Positions 7,921 through 17,785 of a DNA stretch of 26,271 nt are shown here, one piece after another (position 1 is the stretch's first letter; each line of letters opens with the position of its first letter). Origin of the DNA: Ascoidea asiatica JCM 7603 (lineage: Eukaryota > Fungi > Ascomycota); contig BCKQ01000002.1 in NCBI GenBank assembly GCA_001600695.1, positions 2,077,577 to 2,103,847 on the forward strand, given 5' to 3'. The translations under genes were made by a program, and so were the position numbers. The notes under the pieces are model-generated. The model worked only from the letters and a program-made list of their open reading frames with translations, was not told the origin of the DNA and made no database searches.

Positions 7921-10230
7921 ATGGCTAAGAAATCTTCAAAAAAACTATCTTCCAAGAAATCAAGTCAAAAATTAAATGATTTCTTAAATAGTCAATCATT
8001 ATCTAAAAATTCAACAAACTTTAATTCAAATTCAAATTCAAATTCAAATATATGTGATATATTAAATTCAGATCCTGTTTCTGATGTCATAATACAAAAA
8101 GGTATATCTCGTCCTTTTGTTATAACTACTCCAAAAAATGATATACTTAAAAAACGTACAATTACTTCAATATATGAAAAATTTTTAATTGGAGTTTTAA
8201 TTATTTTCACCTCAATTATTCGTTTAAAATCTTTATCAAAACCAAGTTCTGTTGTATTCGATGAAGTTCATTTCGGTGGATTTGCTTCAAAATATTTAAA
8301 TGGTAAATATTTTATGGATGTTCATCCTCCATTAGCAAAAATGTTATTTGCAGCAATCAGTTTTCTTTTTGGTTTTAAAGGAGATTTTACTTTCGAAAAA
8401 ATTGCTGATGAATATCCAGAATCAACTCCATATTTTATGATGAGAGCATTTCCTGCAATCTTAGGTATTGGTACTGTAATTTATTTTTATTTAACTTTAA
8501 GAGCAACAGGTTGTAGAATTATTACTTGTTTTTTCGCTTCTGCTTTATTAGCTATTGAAAATTCAAATGTTACAATTTCAAGATTTATTTTATTAGATTC
8601 TCCATTATTATTTTTTATTGCTGCTGCAACTTATGCTATTAAAAAATTTGAAATTCAAAAACCTTTTACTTATGATTGGTTTCGTTTTCTTTTTATTACT
8701 GGTGTTGCTTTAGGTTTATCAGTTAGTTCAAAATGGGTTGGACTTTTCACAATTGCTTGGGTTGGGGTATTAATGATTTGGCATATATGGTTTTTAATAG
8801 GTGACTTAACTGTAACTTATAAAAATTTAGCAATTCATTTTTGTGCAAGACTTTTAATATTATTAGGTATTCCAACAATTTTCTATCTTTTTTTCTTTTA
8901 TATTCATTTTCAATTATTACCAAATGAAGGTACTGGTTCTGCTTTTATGTCTTCTGCTTTTAGAACAACTTTAAAAGGTAATACTATTCCAAAAAATACT
9001 TTATCTGATGTAGGTATTGGTTCTTTAGTTACAATTCGTCATATTGCAACTCAAGGAGGTTATTTACATTCTCATGATCATTTATATGAAACTGGTTCAA
9101 AACAACAACAAATTACTTTATACCCACATTTAGATGCAAATAATAATTGGGAAATTGAATTATATAATGCAACTGAACCAATTACTGAATTTATGCCACT
9201 AAAAGATGGTACTAAAATTCGTTTAAAGCATCAATTAACTCAACGTCGTTTACATTCTCATGATCATAAACCTCCTGTGAGTGAACAAGATTATCAAAAA
9301 GAAGCTTCCGCCTATGGTTATACTGGTTTTGAAGGTGATGCAAATGATGATTTTGTTGTTGAAATTGTTAAAGAAAAATCAAAAAAAGGTTCAAGAAATC
9401 AAGTTAAAGCTTTAAATACTGTTTTTAGATTACGTCATGCAATGTCAAATTGTTATTTATTTTCTCATGAAGTTAAATTACCAAAATGGGCTTTTGAACA
9501 ACAAGAAGTTTCTTGTACTACCCAAGGTGTTAAACCAAAAACTTATTGGTATGTTGAAACAAATATCAATCCTTTATTACCTGCAGATGCTGAAAGAATT
9601 AGTTATAAAACTCCCTCATTTTTAGATAAAGTTATTGAACATCATAAAAGAGCTTGGCATATAAATCAAGGTTTAACTTCTCATCATAATTGGGAATCTA
9701 AACCTCATACTTGGCCATTTTTAACTCGTGGTATTAATTATTGGGTTAAAGATCATAAACAAGTTTATTTCCTTGGTAATGCTATAACTTGGTGGGCAGC
9801 TTCTCTTTGTATATTTTTATTTTGTTGTAATCTTGCAGCTAATATACTTAACTGGCAAAGAGGTAAATCTATTTGTACTGATGCTCATGTCGTTAATTGG
9901 ACTGTTCAAATGATTCATTTCATTATTGGTTGGGGTCTTCATTTTGCTCCTTCATTTTTAATGGGTCGTCAATTATTTTTACATCATTATTTACCTTCAT
10001 TGTATTTTGCTATGTTAGCTTTAGCTCATTTCTTTGATATATTTGTATCTTTTGTATTGGCTAAACGTCGTGTTGTTGGTTATATCTCAATGGGAACGTT
10101 TTTTCTAGCTGCATTTGCATTTTACTACACATATAAGCCTCTTATTTATGGTGAACCATGGACTAGAGAACAATGTCAAAAATTGAAATTATTGCCAACT
10201 TGGGATTTTGATTGTAATGCATTTGAATAA
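7921..10230 (+). CDS. PMT1: Dolichyl-phosphate-mannose:protein O-mannosyltransferase, PMT1 subfamily
   Basis: VVFDEVHFGGF catalytic DE motif, FMDVHPPLAKML, SRFILLD, SKWVGLF, MIR domains (LHSH repeats; GSKQQQITLYPHLDANN as in Pmt1), and RQLFLHHYLP. Pmt1 versus a Pmt5-like paralogue cannot be settled by eye. Confidence 0.9.
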   Translation: MAKKSSKKLSSKKSSQKLNDFLNSQSLSKNSTNFNSNSNSNSNICDILNSDPVSDVIIQKGISRPFVITTPKNDILKKRTITSIYEKFLIGVLIIFTSIIRLKSLSKPSSVVFDEVHFGGFASKYLNGKYFMDVHPPLAKMLFAAISFLFGFKGDFTFEKIADEYPESTPYFMMRAFPAILGIGTVIYFYLTLRATGCRIITCFFASALLAIENSNVTISRFILLDSPLLFFIAAATYAIKKFEIQKPFTYDWFRFLFITGVALGLSVSSKWVGLFTIAWVGVLMIWHIWFLIGDLTVTYKNLAIHFCARLLILLGIPTIFYLFFFYIHFQLLPNEGTGSAFMSSAFRTTLKGNTIPKNTLSDVGIGSLVTIRHIATQGGYLHSHDHLYETGSKQQQITLYPHLDANNNWEIELYNATEPITEFMPLKDGTKIRLKHQLTQRRLHSHDHKPPVSEQDYQKEASAYGYTGFEGDANDDFVVEIVKEKSKKGSRNQVKALNTVFRLRHAMSNCYLFSHEVKLPKWAFEQQEVSCTTQGVKPKTYWYVETNINPLLPADAERISYKTPSFLDKVIEHHKRAWHINQGLTSHHNWESKPHTWPFLTRGINYWVKDHKQVYFLGNAITWWAASLCIFLFCCNLAANILNWQRGKSICTDAHVVNWTVQMIHFIIGWGLHFAPSFLMGRQLFLHHYLPSLYFAMLALAHFFDIFVSFVLAKRRVVGYISMGTFFLAAFAFYYTYKPLIYGEPWTREQCQKLKLLPTWDFDCNAFE

Positions 10231-10592
10231 GTTTCATTTAAATAAGATGCTTTTAAATAAATATAAATAAGTAAATATTTTATTGTAATATACAACTCAA
10301 GACCAAATTACGATTTTTATTTAATATCTGGAAAGATTTTTCTTCGGATTTCTAGTCATTGCACTATTCAATTAAGGTTCAGTCAAAGTCTCTTGGTAAA
10401 AAAAACTTCCTTTTCAATGAATTAATAAACTCTTATTGAAAAATCACTGAAATAGAGATATAGAAAACAAAGATCGAGATTAAAAAAAAAGTAATATACA
10501 TTAATACAGTTTGAGAATTAAAAAAATTATATACTGTTTGAAGAATTATTAAAAAATAAGCATGGTATACTAAAGATAACTTTTGAGAAAAA

Positions 10593-13500
10593 CTAGTTTT
10601 CATCATCCGTTATTTCAGTGACTTCAATATCACTATCATCATTTGTACTGGATTTATCAATTTCACTAGGCTTATTGTTTTTGCCAATATTATTCTTATT
10701 CTCCTTCAAAATTATCTCATCTTCGCTATCAGATATTGAAATCAATTCACTTGATTCTTTATCTCTTTCATTGTTTTCATCAACATCAATTTCTTTAAAG
10801 CTTGAAGTTTCTTTTTCTTCATCCATCTCTTCGTCTATATTTTCCATATCTTCATCCATATCTTTAACTTCATTTATGCTAGATATCTCGTTTTCTTCCT
10901 GAGTATCAACATTTTTGCTAGGTTCAATATCATTCTCTTCTTTGGAATACTCTACATTATCATTTAATCCATCGTTATTCCCATCTTTTCTAGTTTCTTT
11001 ATCATCACTTATTTTAGAGTTAATTTCAAATAGAGAGTTGTTTTCCTTCTCATTTTGTATAACACTACTGTTCTGGGGAGTGTTTTGAGTTTCGTTTGCG
11101 AGGTTACTAAGATCATTATCTTCTTCCTTTTCTTCCGGGATCATTCCAAGTGCTTTAACGGAGCTTTTATTTATCACATTTTTGTTCTCTTGATTATTAG
11201 CAGGTTTCAAATTTAAAGTTTCATTATCCTTTTGAGTTTCAGATTCTTCAATTTCTTTTTCTTTTGAATCTAGTATATCTCCAGATTCTTCCAATATCTC
11301 TTCGTTTTCATCTTGATTCTTATTGATTTCATCTTTATCAATTAATGCGGAGACATATTGTTCATCATTTTGATCTATTGAATGACCAGTAGTATCTTTA
11401 TCTTCTTCATCCTCGAAGGAGTTTTCTTTAGATTTGGCCTTTGAAACTAATTCCTTTACAAGATCTGAAAACTTATTAAAAGCATTTTTTTCAACATTAT
11501 CACAATCATCTAAAATTTCTTCTGAAAATCTATTAATTACTTCTTCTAATTCGATCAATGACGACAATTGAATATCTTTGGTCAAGTGAAACTTAGTTAG
11601 ACAACTTATCATTGCTTTTCTATACTTACTATTGGTTATAATTTTATCCAAAACACCTTTTAGTAATTCCATTATAACAGTTAGATGATTTGTGGATTTC
11701 GCTTTATCTTCATCTGGATAATTAACCAAAGATATAGGATTTGTCCAACTTATTAATTCTTCAAGAATATCTTTTGGAAATTTCATTGTGAAAGCATCAT
11801 CTTCGCCATTTAAGTCTTCTCTTTCTAAGAAATCATCATAATTACTTAACAATCTATAAAATGAATCTGCAGCAACATTTGAAACAGTCTTTTGATGTTT
11901 TGGATCACTAAATGCAAAAACTGGGATTGAAAAACTCAATATTTGCAATAATTCCTCATTTGTAGAATTTTGATAACTAAAATAAGCTAAAATAAGTGTC
12001 TCAAATAGTTCTTCATCCGTGAATTTATTATCCAAATATAATTTAGTTAATCCTTCTGCAGAAACTGCCTGTATTTTAGGTCTGTTCACTCTCTTTAAAG
12101 TTTTGTAAAATAATTTATTCATTGATAGAGAGTCAACACCTCCTGAAGTATCTAAGACTTTGACCCCAAATGTTGATAGAATATCAAAAATAATTTTTAA
12201 GCAAATCTCCTGTAATTGCTCATTACCTTTAACACAACATAATCCAAAAAAGGATAATTGTTCTATTGCTAATTCAATATCTAGTAAGCAGCAAAGACCC
12301 AAACAATGAACTCCTAACTGCCTTAGGTCTTTTAGTTTAGATTTGATAGCGATTGTAACTATTCCTTCTAGTAAATAACTTACAACTAAATTATCTTTCA
12401 AAGATTGAGTTGTAATCTCGAGCATATATTTTATAATCTTTAAGCATTCTAGCATTACATCTGGATGATTTTCCATAAACTTTTGGTCATTTAATCTTGT
12501 AGCTTTCATAGCCTTTTCAGCATTTGCAGCAGCATCTTCGGGTTCAGATTTATCATCGTCATCATCTTCATCCATTTCCATCTCAATTTCATCCTTATTT
12601 TTATTTTTGACTTGGGATGCAGAAGATTTATCTTTTTCTGGATCAATTTCATTATCCAGTTCTGGATCTGCAATATCTCTTATATCGGAAATAATTTCAG
12701 AAATCATTTGGCAAAAATCTCTTTCATTTACGGAGCATTTTCTTAAGACTTCTAAAGTAAATTTGATTAAATTATCATTCAATTTATCGTAAGTCAAAAT
12801 CGGTCGTAATACTTGCAACATTTCTCTTCTACCAACTTCATCAAAAAAATCATAATCTTTAGCTACCATTAATAGTTGTTCAAGAATAAAATTGATATCG
12901 TTCAAACTAGTTTTTGGATCATTTTCTTCTTCATCATCATGCTCACTATCTTTATTCAAACCTAATTCAATATCCGTTAGCAAATTTTTTCTAATTTTTG
13001 AATACTTTGAAATTAAACTTGCATATTCAGTAGCTTCAGGATAGTTAGAATCAATAATCTCATTTAAATTATTTTCTTGACAATGATTAAAAAAGACTCT
13101 TGCTAAGAAAGCAGTTTCAACAGCTAATGTAGTCCAATACTTTTTATCAAATTTGATTTTTAAAACTATATCTTTTCTTGTTTCAAATAAAATTTTTAAT
13201 GCTTTTGGAGCAATGTCACTATTAATAATATGCAATCTTTCAATTAACTCTAATAAATCAAAATTAACAGTTTCCAACCAGTTTCTAGTGAATAATTTTA
13301 TTGTTGAATTTCTTACAGTAACTTCTCTATCATTTAAACCCCAAAATAATAATTTTTCTCTCAAATCTTTATCTAATTTTCTATAATCTCCTAAACTTGG
13401 TAAAACTTTTGAATATAACATTCTTCTTGTTACTGGATCTTTATCTTTTGCTCTTTCAATCAAATAAGGAATTGTAAAATTTAATCTATCTACATTTAAT

Positions 13501-14381
13501 AAAGAAGCTCTCCTAACCTGAGGGTTTGGATCATTTTGTAAAATATTCAATAATAAAGCTGTTTCATTATTTATACCATCAGAATTGATATCATCTTCAT
13601 CACCTTGAAACCTAGCACAAGTTAAAACAGCCTTTAATCTTACACTTGTTTCTTTATCAAATAATCTATTGTGAACATTTAAGATTATTGATCTATATAG
13701 TTCATCATCAATTTCACTTATGAAGGAGACTATAGTTGATAGGAATTGAATTGAACGATATCTTATATTTTTATCTTTTGAATCGATACCTTTTAAAAGA
13801 TGATATAAGAAATGTTCAATGAATCTTTGAGGTAAAGTATCTTCAACATCAGAATCCATATCCTCTTCTTCTTCTTCCTCCTCCTCCTCCTCGATATGCG
13901 TATCTTCAGCTTCATTTACACTTTCTTCATTATCACTATCATTATCATCTTCTTCTTCTTTTTCGTTTTCTTTATTTTTCTCTTTAGTGTCTTTTTTCTT
14001 CTTTTTTTCTTTTTCTTTATCTTCATCTTTATCTTTAGTATTACTAATATTTTCAACAGATTCATGTTTTTTGATATATATGATAAATCTAGACACAAAT
14101 TTATTGATCCTATCAGCAGCTATTATCTTTTTGGGTTGAGGTAAAACTTTATTGATCAATTTACAAAAAATCAAATTAAAAGCTTCTTCATTATTAGCAT
14201 TATTTGATAATTGCTGTACAAGATTTAACATGATTATCTGATTATTCATACTTGAAGGATTGATTTGAACTTCATTGAAAATCTTAGCGATACAATTTCT
14301 GATTTCTTTAGGATCTGAAAAATCAACTTTTTGTAATTCGGCTGGCAATTTTCTAATTTTTTTGGTTTTGGATTTTGACAT
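10593..14381 (-). CDS. YCG1: Condensin HEAT-repeat subunit Ycg1/Cnd3/CAP-G
   Basis: KGIDSKDKNIRYRS, DKETSVRLKAV...RFQ, QNDPNPQVRR, ERAKDKD...RR, WGLNDRE..V, DFFDEVGRR, LGLCCLLD, AEGLTKL. Long acidic disordered C-terminus and acidic loops. Confidence 0.93.
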   Translation of the reverse strand: MSKSKTKKIRKLPAELQKVDFSDPKEIRNCIAKIFNEVQINPSSMNNQIIMLNLVQQLSNNANNEEAFNLIFCKLINKVLPQPKKIIAADRINKFVSRFIIYIKKHESVENISNTKDKDEDKEKEKKKKKDTKEKNKENEKEEEDDNDSDNEESVNEAEDTHIEEEEEEEEEEDMDSDVEDTLPQRFIEHFLYHLLKGIDSKDKNIRYRSIQFLSTIVSFISEIDDELYRSIILNVHNRLFDKETSVRLKAVLTCARFQGDEDDINSDGINNETALLLNILQNDPNPQVRRASLLNVDRLNFTIPYLIERAKDKDPVTRRMLYSKVLPSLGDYRKLDKDLREKLLFWGLNDREVTVRNSTIKLFTRNWLETVNFDLLELIERLHIINSDIAPKALKILFETRKDIVLKIKFDKKYWTTLAVETAFLARVFFNHCQENNLNEIIDSNYPEATEYASLISKYSKIRKNLLTDIELGLNKDSEHDDEEENDPKTSLNDINFILEQLLMVAKDYDFFDEVGRREMLQVLRPILTYDKLNDNLIKFTLEVLRKCSVNERDFCQMISEIISDIRDIADPELDNEIDPEKDKSSASQVKNKNKDEIEMEMDEDDDDDKSEPEDAAANAEKAMKATRLNDQKFMENHPDVMLECLKIIKYMLEITTQSLKDNLVVSYLLEGIVTIAIKSKLKDLRQLGVHCLGLCCLLDIELAIEQLSFFGLCCVKGNEQLQEICLKIIFDILSTFGVKVLDTSGGVDSLSMNKLFYKTLKRVNRPKIQAVSAEGLTKLYLDNKFTDEELFETLILAYFSYQNSTNEELLQILSFSIPVFAFSDPKHQKTVSNVAADSFYRLLSNYDDFLEREDLNGEDDAFTMKFPKDILEELISWTNPISLVNYPDEDKAKSTNHLTVIMELLKGVLDKIITNSKYRKAMISCLTKFHLTKDIQLSSLIELEEVINRFSEEILDDCDNVEKNAFNKFSDLVKELVSKAKSKENSFEDEEDKDTTGHSIDQNDEQYVSALIDKDEINKNQDENEEILEESGDILDSKEKEIEESETQKDNETLNLKPANNQENKNVINKSSVKALGMIPEEKEEDNDLSNLANETQNTPQNSSVIQNEKENNSLFEINSKISDDKETRKDGNNDGLNDNVEYSKEENDIEPSKNVDTQEENEISSINEVKDMDEDMENIDEEMDEEKETSSFKEIDVDENNERDKESSELISISDSEDEIILKENKNNIGKNNKPSEIDKSSTNDDSDIEVTEITDDEN

Positions 14382-14530
14382 TTTTTAAATATAATTAGTT
14401 ACGAGGATTGGGTATTAAGCGGATATAAAATGGGTATCTTTTTTTTTTATAAGGTAAGAAAAATAGCAACAATTCCTGAGTATTATAACAGATTGATACA
14501 ACGTGAATTCTGCTTATAAATAGTATTTTT

Positions 14531-14800
14531 GATCTCGAGATCTTTGAGTATTTAGAACTTTTGGATACTTATATTTTGAATATTGATTTTGATCTTGCCT
14601 CTGTTCTAAATCTTGTTTATGTTTTGAATTAAATAAATAAATTACGTAGAAATTGAATGATAAACACCGGAAACATTCACGGAAATAGATTTTGAAATTA
14701 AAACCGTAAACCGGATATTTATATCCGTAATTACCTAATAAATTACATCAGCGCATTTGTTCAACCCCATTCAGTTGGGTCTGCGTAAACTCACGCAAAA
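14531..14800. promoter_or_regulatory. Divergent YCG1/INA17 promoter with forkhead-type sites and palindromes
   Basis: TGTTTAT 14614-14620 and ATAAACA 14660-14666 (RTAAACA); GATCTCGAGATC palindrome 14531-14542; CGGATAT-TT-ATATCCG (CGG-N10-CCG) 14712-14727. Confidence 0.4.
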
Positions 14801-14997
14801 GCTTCTCTCATCCAACACTTAGGAAAAAACATGAAAGATCTTTTGTTGATAAAATAGCCGATAACATTGTGGAGCTTTGATTAATTGACAAGAAAACATA
14901 TCAATGCTATTGAACTGAAGAAGATTTATAATCAGTCTTCAATTAAAATTGTAGTTCAAATTAAAATCTATATCATTTGATAAATTATCAAATACAA

Positions 14998-15453
14998 ATG
15001 TCTATAAGGTGCTTAGGAATAAGACCGTCAACGCTTCTTAATTCTCTATCCAATGCCTGGTCTCCATTGGTAATAAACAGAGCTCTTCATGCAACTAAAC
15101 TTTTAACAATAAAGAATAAAATTCAAACTTCAAAAATACATTCAAAAAATTTCTCTTTGAATAATTCTATTCACACAAAATCTCCAAATTTCATAAATAA
15201 TAATGTCAATAAACAAACACAGAGAGAATTGAGATATGAGGAAATGAATCCTCATGTTAGATTTTATAGATTGGTTGGTAAACCATTTATGAAATGTGTA
15301 GCTATGACATTTATAACTTATTTTTCAATGATTTTCTTATGGGATTATTTGGAATTTACTGAAGTTAATAAATCCAGTAAAGGTTTTATAAATCATGAAT
15401 TACAATTATTAGTGGAAAAATCAAAAGAATCTTTGAAATTCAGATCTGAATAA
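14998..15453 (+). CDS. INA17: Mitochondrial inner-membrane protein, Ina17-like (ATP synthase INA complex). Probable start ATG 14998
   Basis: Basic, S/L-rich, acid-free N-terminal presequence. PH.RFY...GKP..K......TY.....W..LE single-TM signature followed by a short coiled-coil tail. Confidence 0.55.
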   Translation: MSIRCLGIRPSTLLNSLSNAWSPLVINRALHATKLLTIKNKIQTSKIHSKNFSLNNSIHTKSPNFINNNVNKQTQRELRYEEMNPHVRFYRLVGKPFMKCVAMTFITYFSMIFLWDYLEFTEVNKSSKGFINHELQLLVEKSKESLKFRSE

Positions 15454-15594
15454 ATAGATCTAATCATATTATAATCCTAATAGTTATATACTATACTAAA
15501 CCAATTATATAACTTGTAAATATATTCTTTATATTAAAAATAATAATGTAACATATCCATATTCTTTATTCATTATTCTTAATTTGTTGAATGA

Positions 15595-16779
15595 TCATTC
15601 CAAATTGATAGTTTTCTTCACATCTATAATTTGCTTGGCTGAATCATAAACAATTTGATCTAATTGTATTAAATCAAAATTAATTAAATCAAGTGTTTTG
15701 GAATTATCAATATAAGCTATTTGAGATGTGATTTTATTATCATTTAAATCTTCATCTTGATCTTTACCCTTGGCGATTTTACCATATAATCCAAGATTCT
15801 TATATTCATTATGATTCAATAAATTTAATAACTTTTGTCCAGATAAAATATTTTTTTTTATTCCTGGCAATGAAGCTAATAATCTTTTATTATCACTACT
15901 TGAATTTTCCATTGCAAAAATATGAATCTTAGCAACATCTCTAACATCAATTGGCCATCCAAGAGGTTCAACATATAGTTTTTTTTCTTCATTAATATCA
16001 GTCTTTAATAATTTGTTTATAAATTCTCCTGTCATATTTAATGTACCATTATTTTCGATTATTGTACTATTAAATAATTGAGGTCCCAATACAAAAACAG
16101 GTAAAATTGTTGTCATTGGAAGTTTATCTTTTTCATCTTTAATATTATTATTAATTTCATTTGATAAAAATTCCCAAGCTTTTTCTTCTGCAATTTTTTT
16201 ACAAGATAAATAAGATTTATGGCCATCAAGTCTTGCTTCTTCCCATGACATTGGATTCCAAGTTTCTTCAGTATGTCTGAAATTTTTATCTCCATATTTT
16301 GGAAAATTTCTAACTGCCCCAAATGACGAAGTTAAAATAATTTTCTTGATTTTATTTCCTTTATCCAGACAATTTTCATTATATAATTTAATCGCTTTCA
16401 TGACACCAATAGTTCCATTAACTGCAGGTTTCAAAAATGCTTCATCATTATTTAAAGTTGAGTTAAAATTAACTGGGGTTGCAGTATGAATAACATATTT
16501 AATTTTATCTTTATTTCTCATAAATACTTGATTAATTAAATCAAAGTTTGAAATGTTTTGAATAATTTCAAAATTTAATGAATTATCTAAATTATATAAG
16601 TATTTCTCATTGAATTTTTTATATAAATTCTCACCTTTTTCTTTTGATCTTACAGTTCCAATAACTTTATAGCCTTTTGTTAATAATTGATCGATAATAT
16701 GTTGAGCTATGAAACCATTTGCACCTGTTATCAAAACAGTGGCTGGTTTGATTACTGTATGATTGAAATTTAATGGCAT
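15595..16779 (-). CDS. GRE2: NADPH-dependent methylglyoxal/aldehyde reductase, GRE2/ARI1 family (extended SDR)
   Basis: VLITGANGFIAQHI Rossmann motif, VIGTVRS, VIHTATP, PAVNGT, TSSFGA, YxxxK (YLSCK), VLGPQ, DVRDVA. The family is multicopy, so the symbol is family-level only. Confidence 0.85.
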   Translation of the reverse strand: MPLNFNHTVIKPATVLITGANGFIAQHIIDQLLTKGYKVIGTVRSKEKGENLYKKFNEKYLYNLDNSLNFEIIQNISNFDLINQVFMRNKDKIKYVIHTATPVNFNSTLNNDEAFLKPAVNGTIGVMKAIKLYNENCLDKGNKIKKIILTSSFGAVRNFPKYGDKNFRHTEETWNPMSWEEARLDGHKSYLSCKKIAEEKAWEFLSNEINNNIKDEKDKLPMTTILPVFVLGPQLFNSTIIENNGTLNMTGEFINKLLKTDINEEKKLYVEPLGWPIDVRDVAKIHIFAMENSSSDNKRLLASLPGIKKNILSGQKLLNLLNHNEYKNLGLYGKIAKGKDQDEDLNDNKITSQIAYIDNSKTLDLINFDLIQLDQIVYDSAKQIIDVKKTINLE

Positions 16780-17214
16780 TATGATCTTATTGAAAACAAT
16801 TTAAAATATTTATTTACGATTATTGTTTATTAACGCTTTTGATTTAAGTGATTATAAATATTTAACTTTACCAATACTTTTTATTATCTGAATTTCCCTC
16901 CCTAATATTCAAATCAATTATTGAAGAGATTAGCCAAGGAACAATACTAAATTTTATTAATAAGCATTATTGGTATCCTTATCTATTATCTTACCAAAAA
17001 TTCTGATGGGTTGCTTTTGTATAAAGAGACCCATATATTTGGTCTTCACTTTGATTCAAATTTGGGAAGAAAACAAAAATATTCAAATTTCAAAAAAGCA
17101 GAATTGAAGTCAATTTGTAAAGTATTTGAAGATAATCAAATGAAGTTGAATTTGTATTTAAATTTGTATATAAACTATGAGAAAACAATAAATAAATTTA
17201 TGAAAACTGAAAGT

Positions 17215-17368
17215 CTGGTTGGCCAATCAGCGCACGACCAGCTGCCAACCCTAAACCTTAACCCAATTACCCCCTGAAACCAAGCCAACGGTACTTCTTT
17301 CTCTACGGCTATAGCCTCCATTAAAATTGATCAAAGTTTCTTTGTGTAGATTGAGCTCTTTTTTTTTT
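17215..17368 (+). promoter_or_regulatory. CCAAT box, telomere-like/Tbf1-type AACCCT repeats, Reb1-like TTACCC and poly(dT) tract
   Basis: GGCCAATCAG 17221-17230; AACCCTAAACCTTAACCC 17247-17264; TTACCC 17267-17272; T10 17359-17368. Confidence 0.5.
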
Positions 17369-17399
17369 GTTTATTGAAATACATAAATTCTTTTTATTT

Positions 17400-17750
17400 T
17401 AGACAATACAAACTATCAGAGTCTTGACCTATGCTAACAGCGATAGTATAAACTAACAGATCTTTTGCTGAAAGGAGTTGATTTGTTTTTTCATTAAAAT
17501 TGTTTTATAAGTACACTTTTTTTCTGAGTGATTAATATAATTTTTTTTTAATTTGGAAAATAAATTCAAATCAAACACACTACTCTGAATTCAAAGGAAA
17601 AAGAATTTATTTCAGTTTCTATCAATAATTGTTTTTATTTCTCATGATGAACTGATAGTTATTCACGGATTCTCGGAAAGGATAAATTTTTTGAATATTG
17701 AAATATTTCCTTTTTTTTATTCTAATTTTGATACATACAAAAGCCTGAAA
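17400..17750 (+). ncRNA. Candidate unidentified structured ncRNA (snoRNA/snRNA-like, or 3' part of a telomerase RNA)
   Basis: No ORF. AACTATCAG 17411-17419 pairs with CTGATAGTT 17652-17660, and TTGATTTG 17478-17485 with CAAATCAA 17567-17574. Box-C-like ATGATGA 17644-17650, CTGA 17745-17748, Sm-like AATTTTTTG 17685-17693, and a snoRNA-promoter-like upstream region. No family could be recognised. Confidence 0.3.
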
Positions 17751-17785
17751 TCAGATTTATTATTTTACACTTACTAATTGTCTAC

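Noticed and set aside
10618-14144. Antisense and alternate-frame ORFs inside YCG1, and similar ones within CBK1, PMT1, GRE2 and MUP3
   Set aside because: Shadow ORFs of acidic or low-complexity coding sequence.
17431-17459. Two CTAACAG branch-point/3' splice-site-like motifs
   Set aside because: No convincing upstream GTATGT/GTAAGT donor or downstream exon; cannot support an intron without RNA data.
17290-17750. Assignment of the candidate RNA as U3, U14, snR30 or RNase P
   Set aside because: Only short scattered matches (GTACTTC, TCTGAGTGA, ATTCACGGA); the invariant rRNA-pairing boxes and CR motifs are missing.
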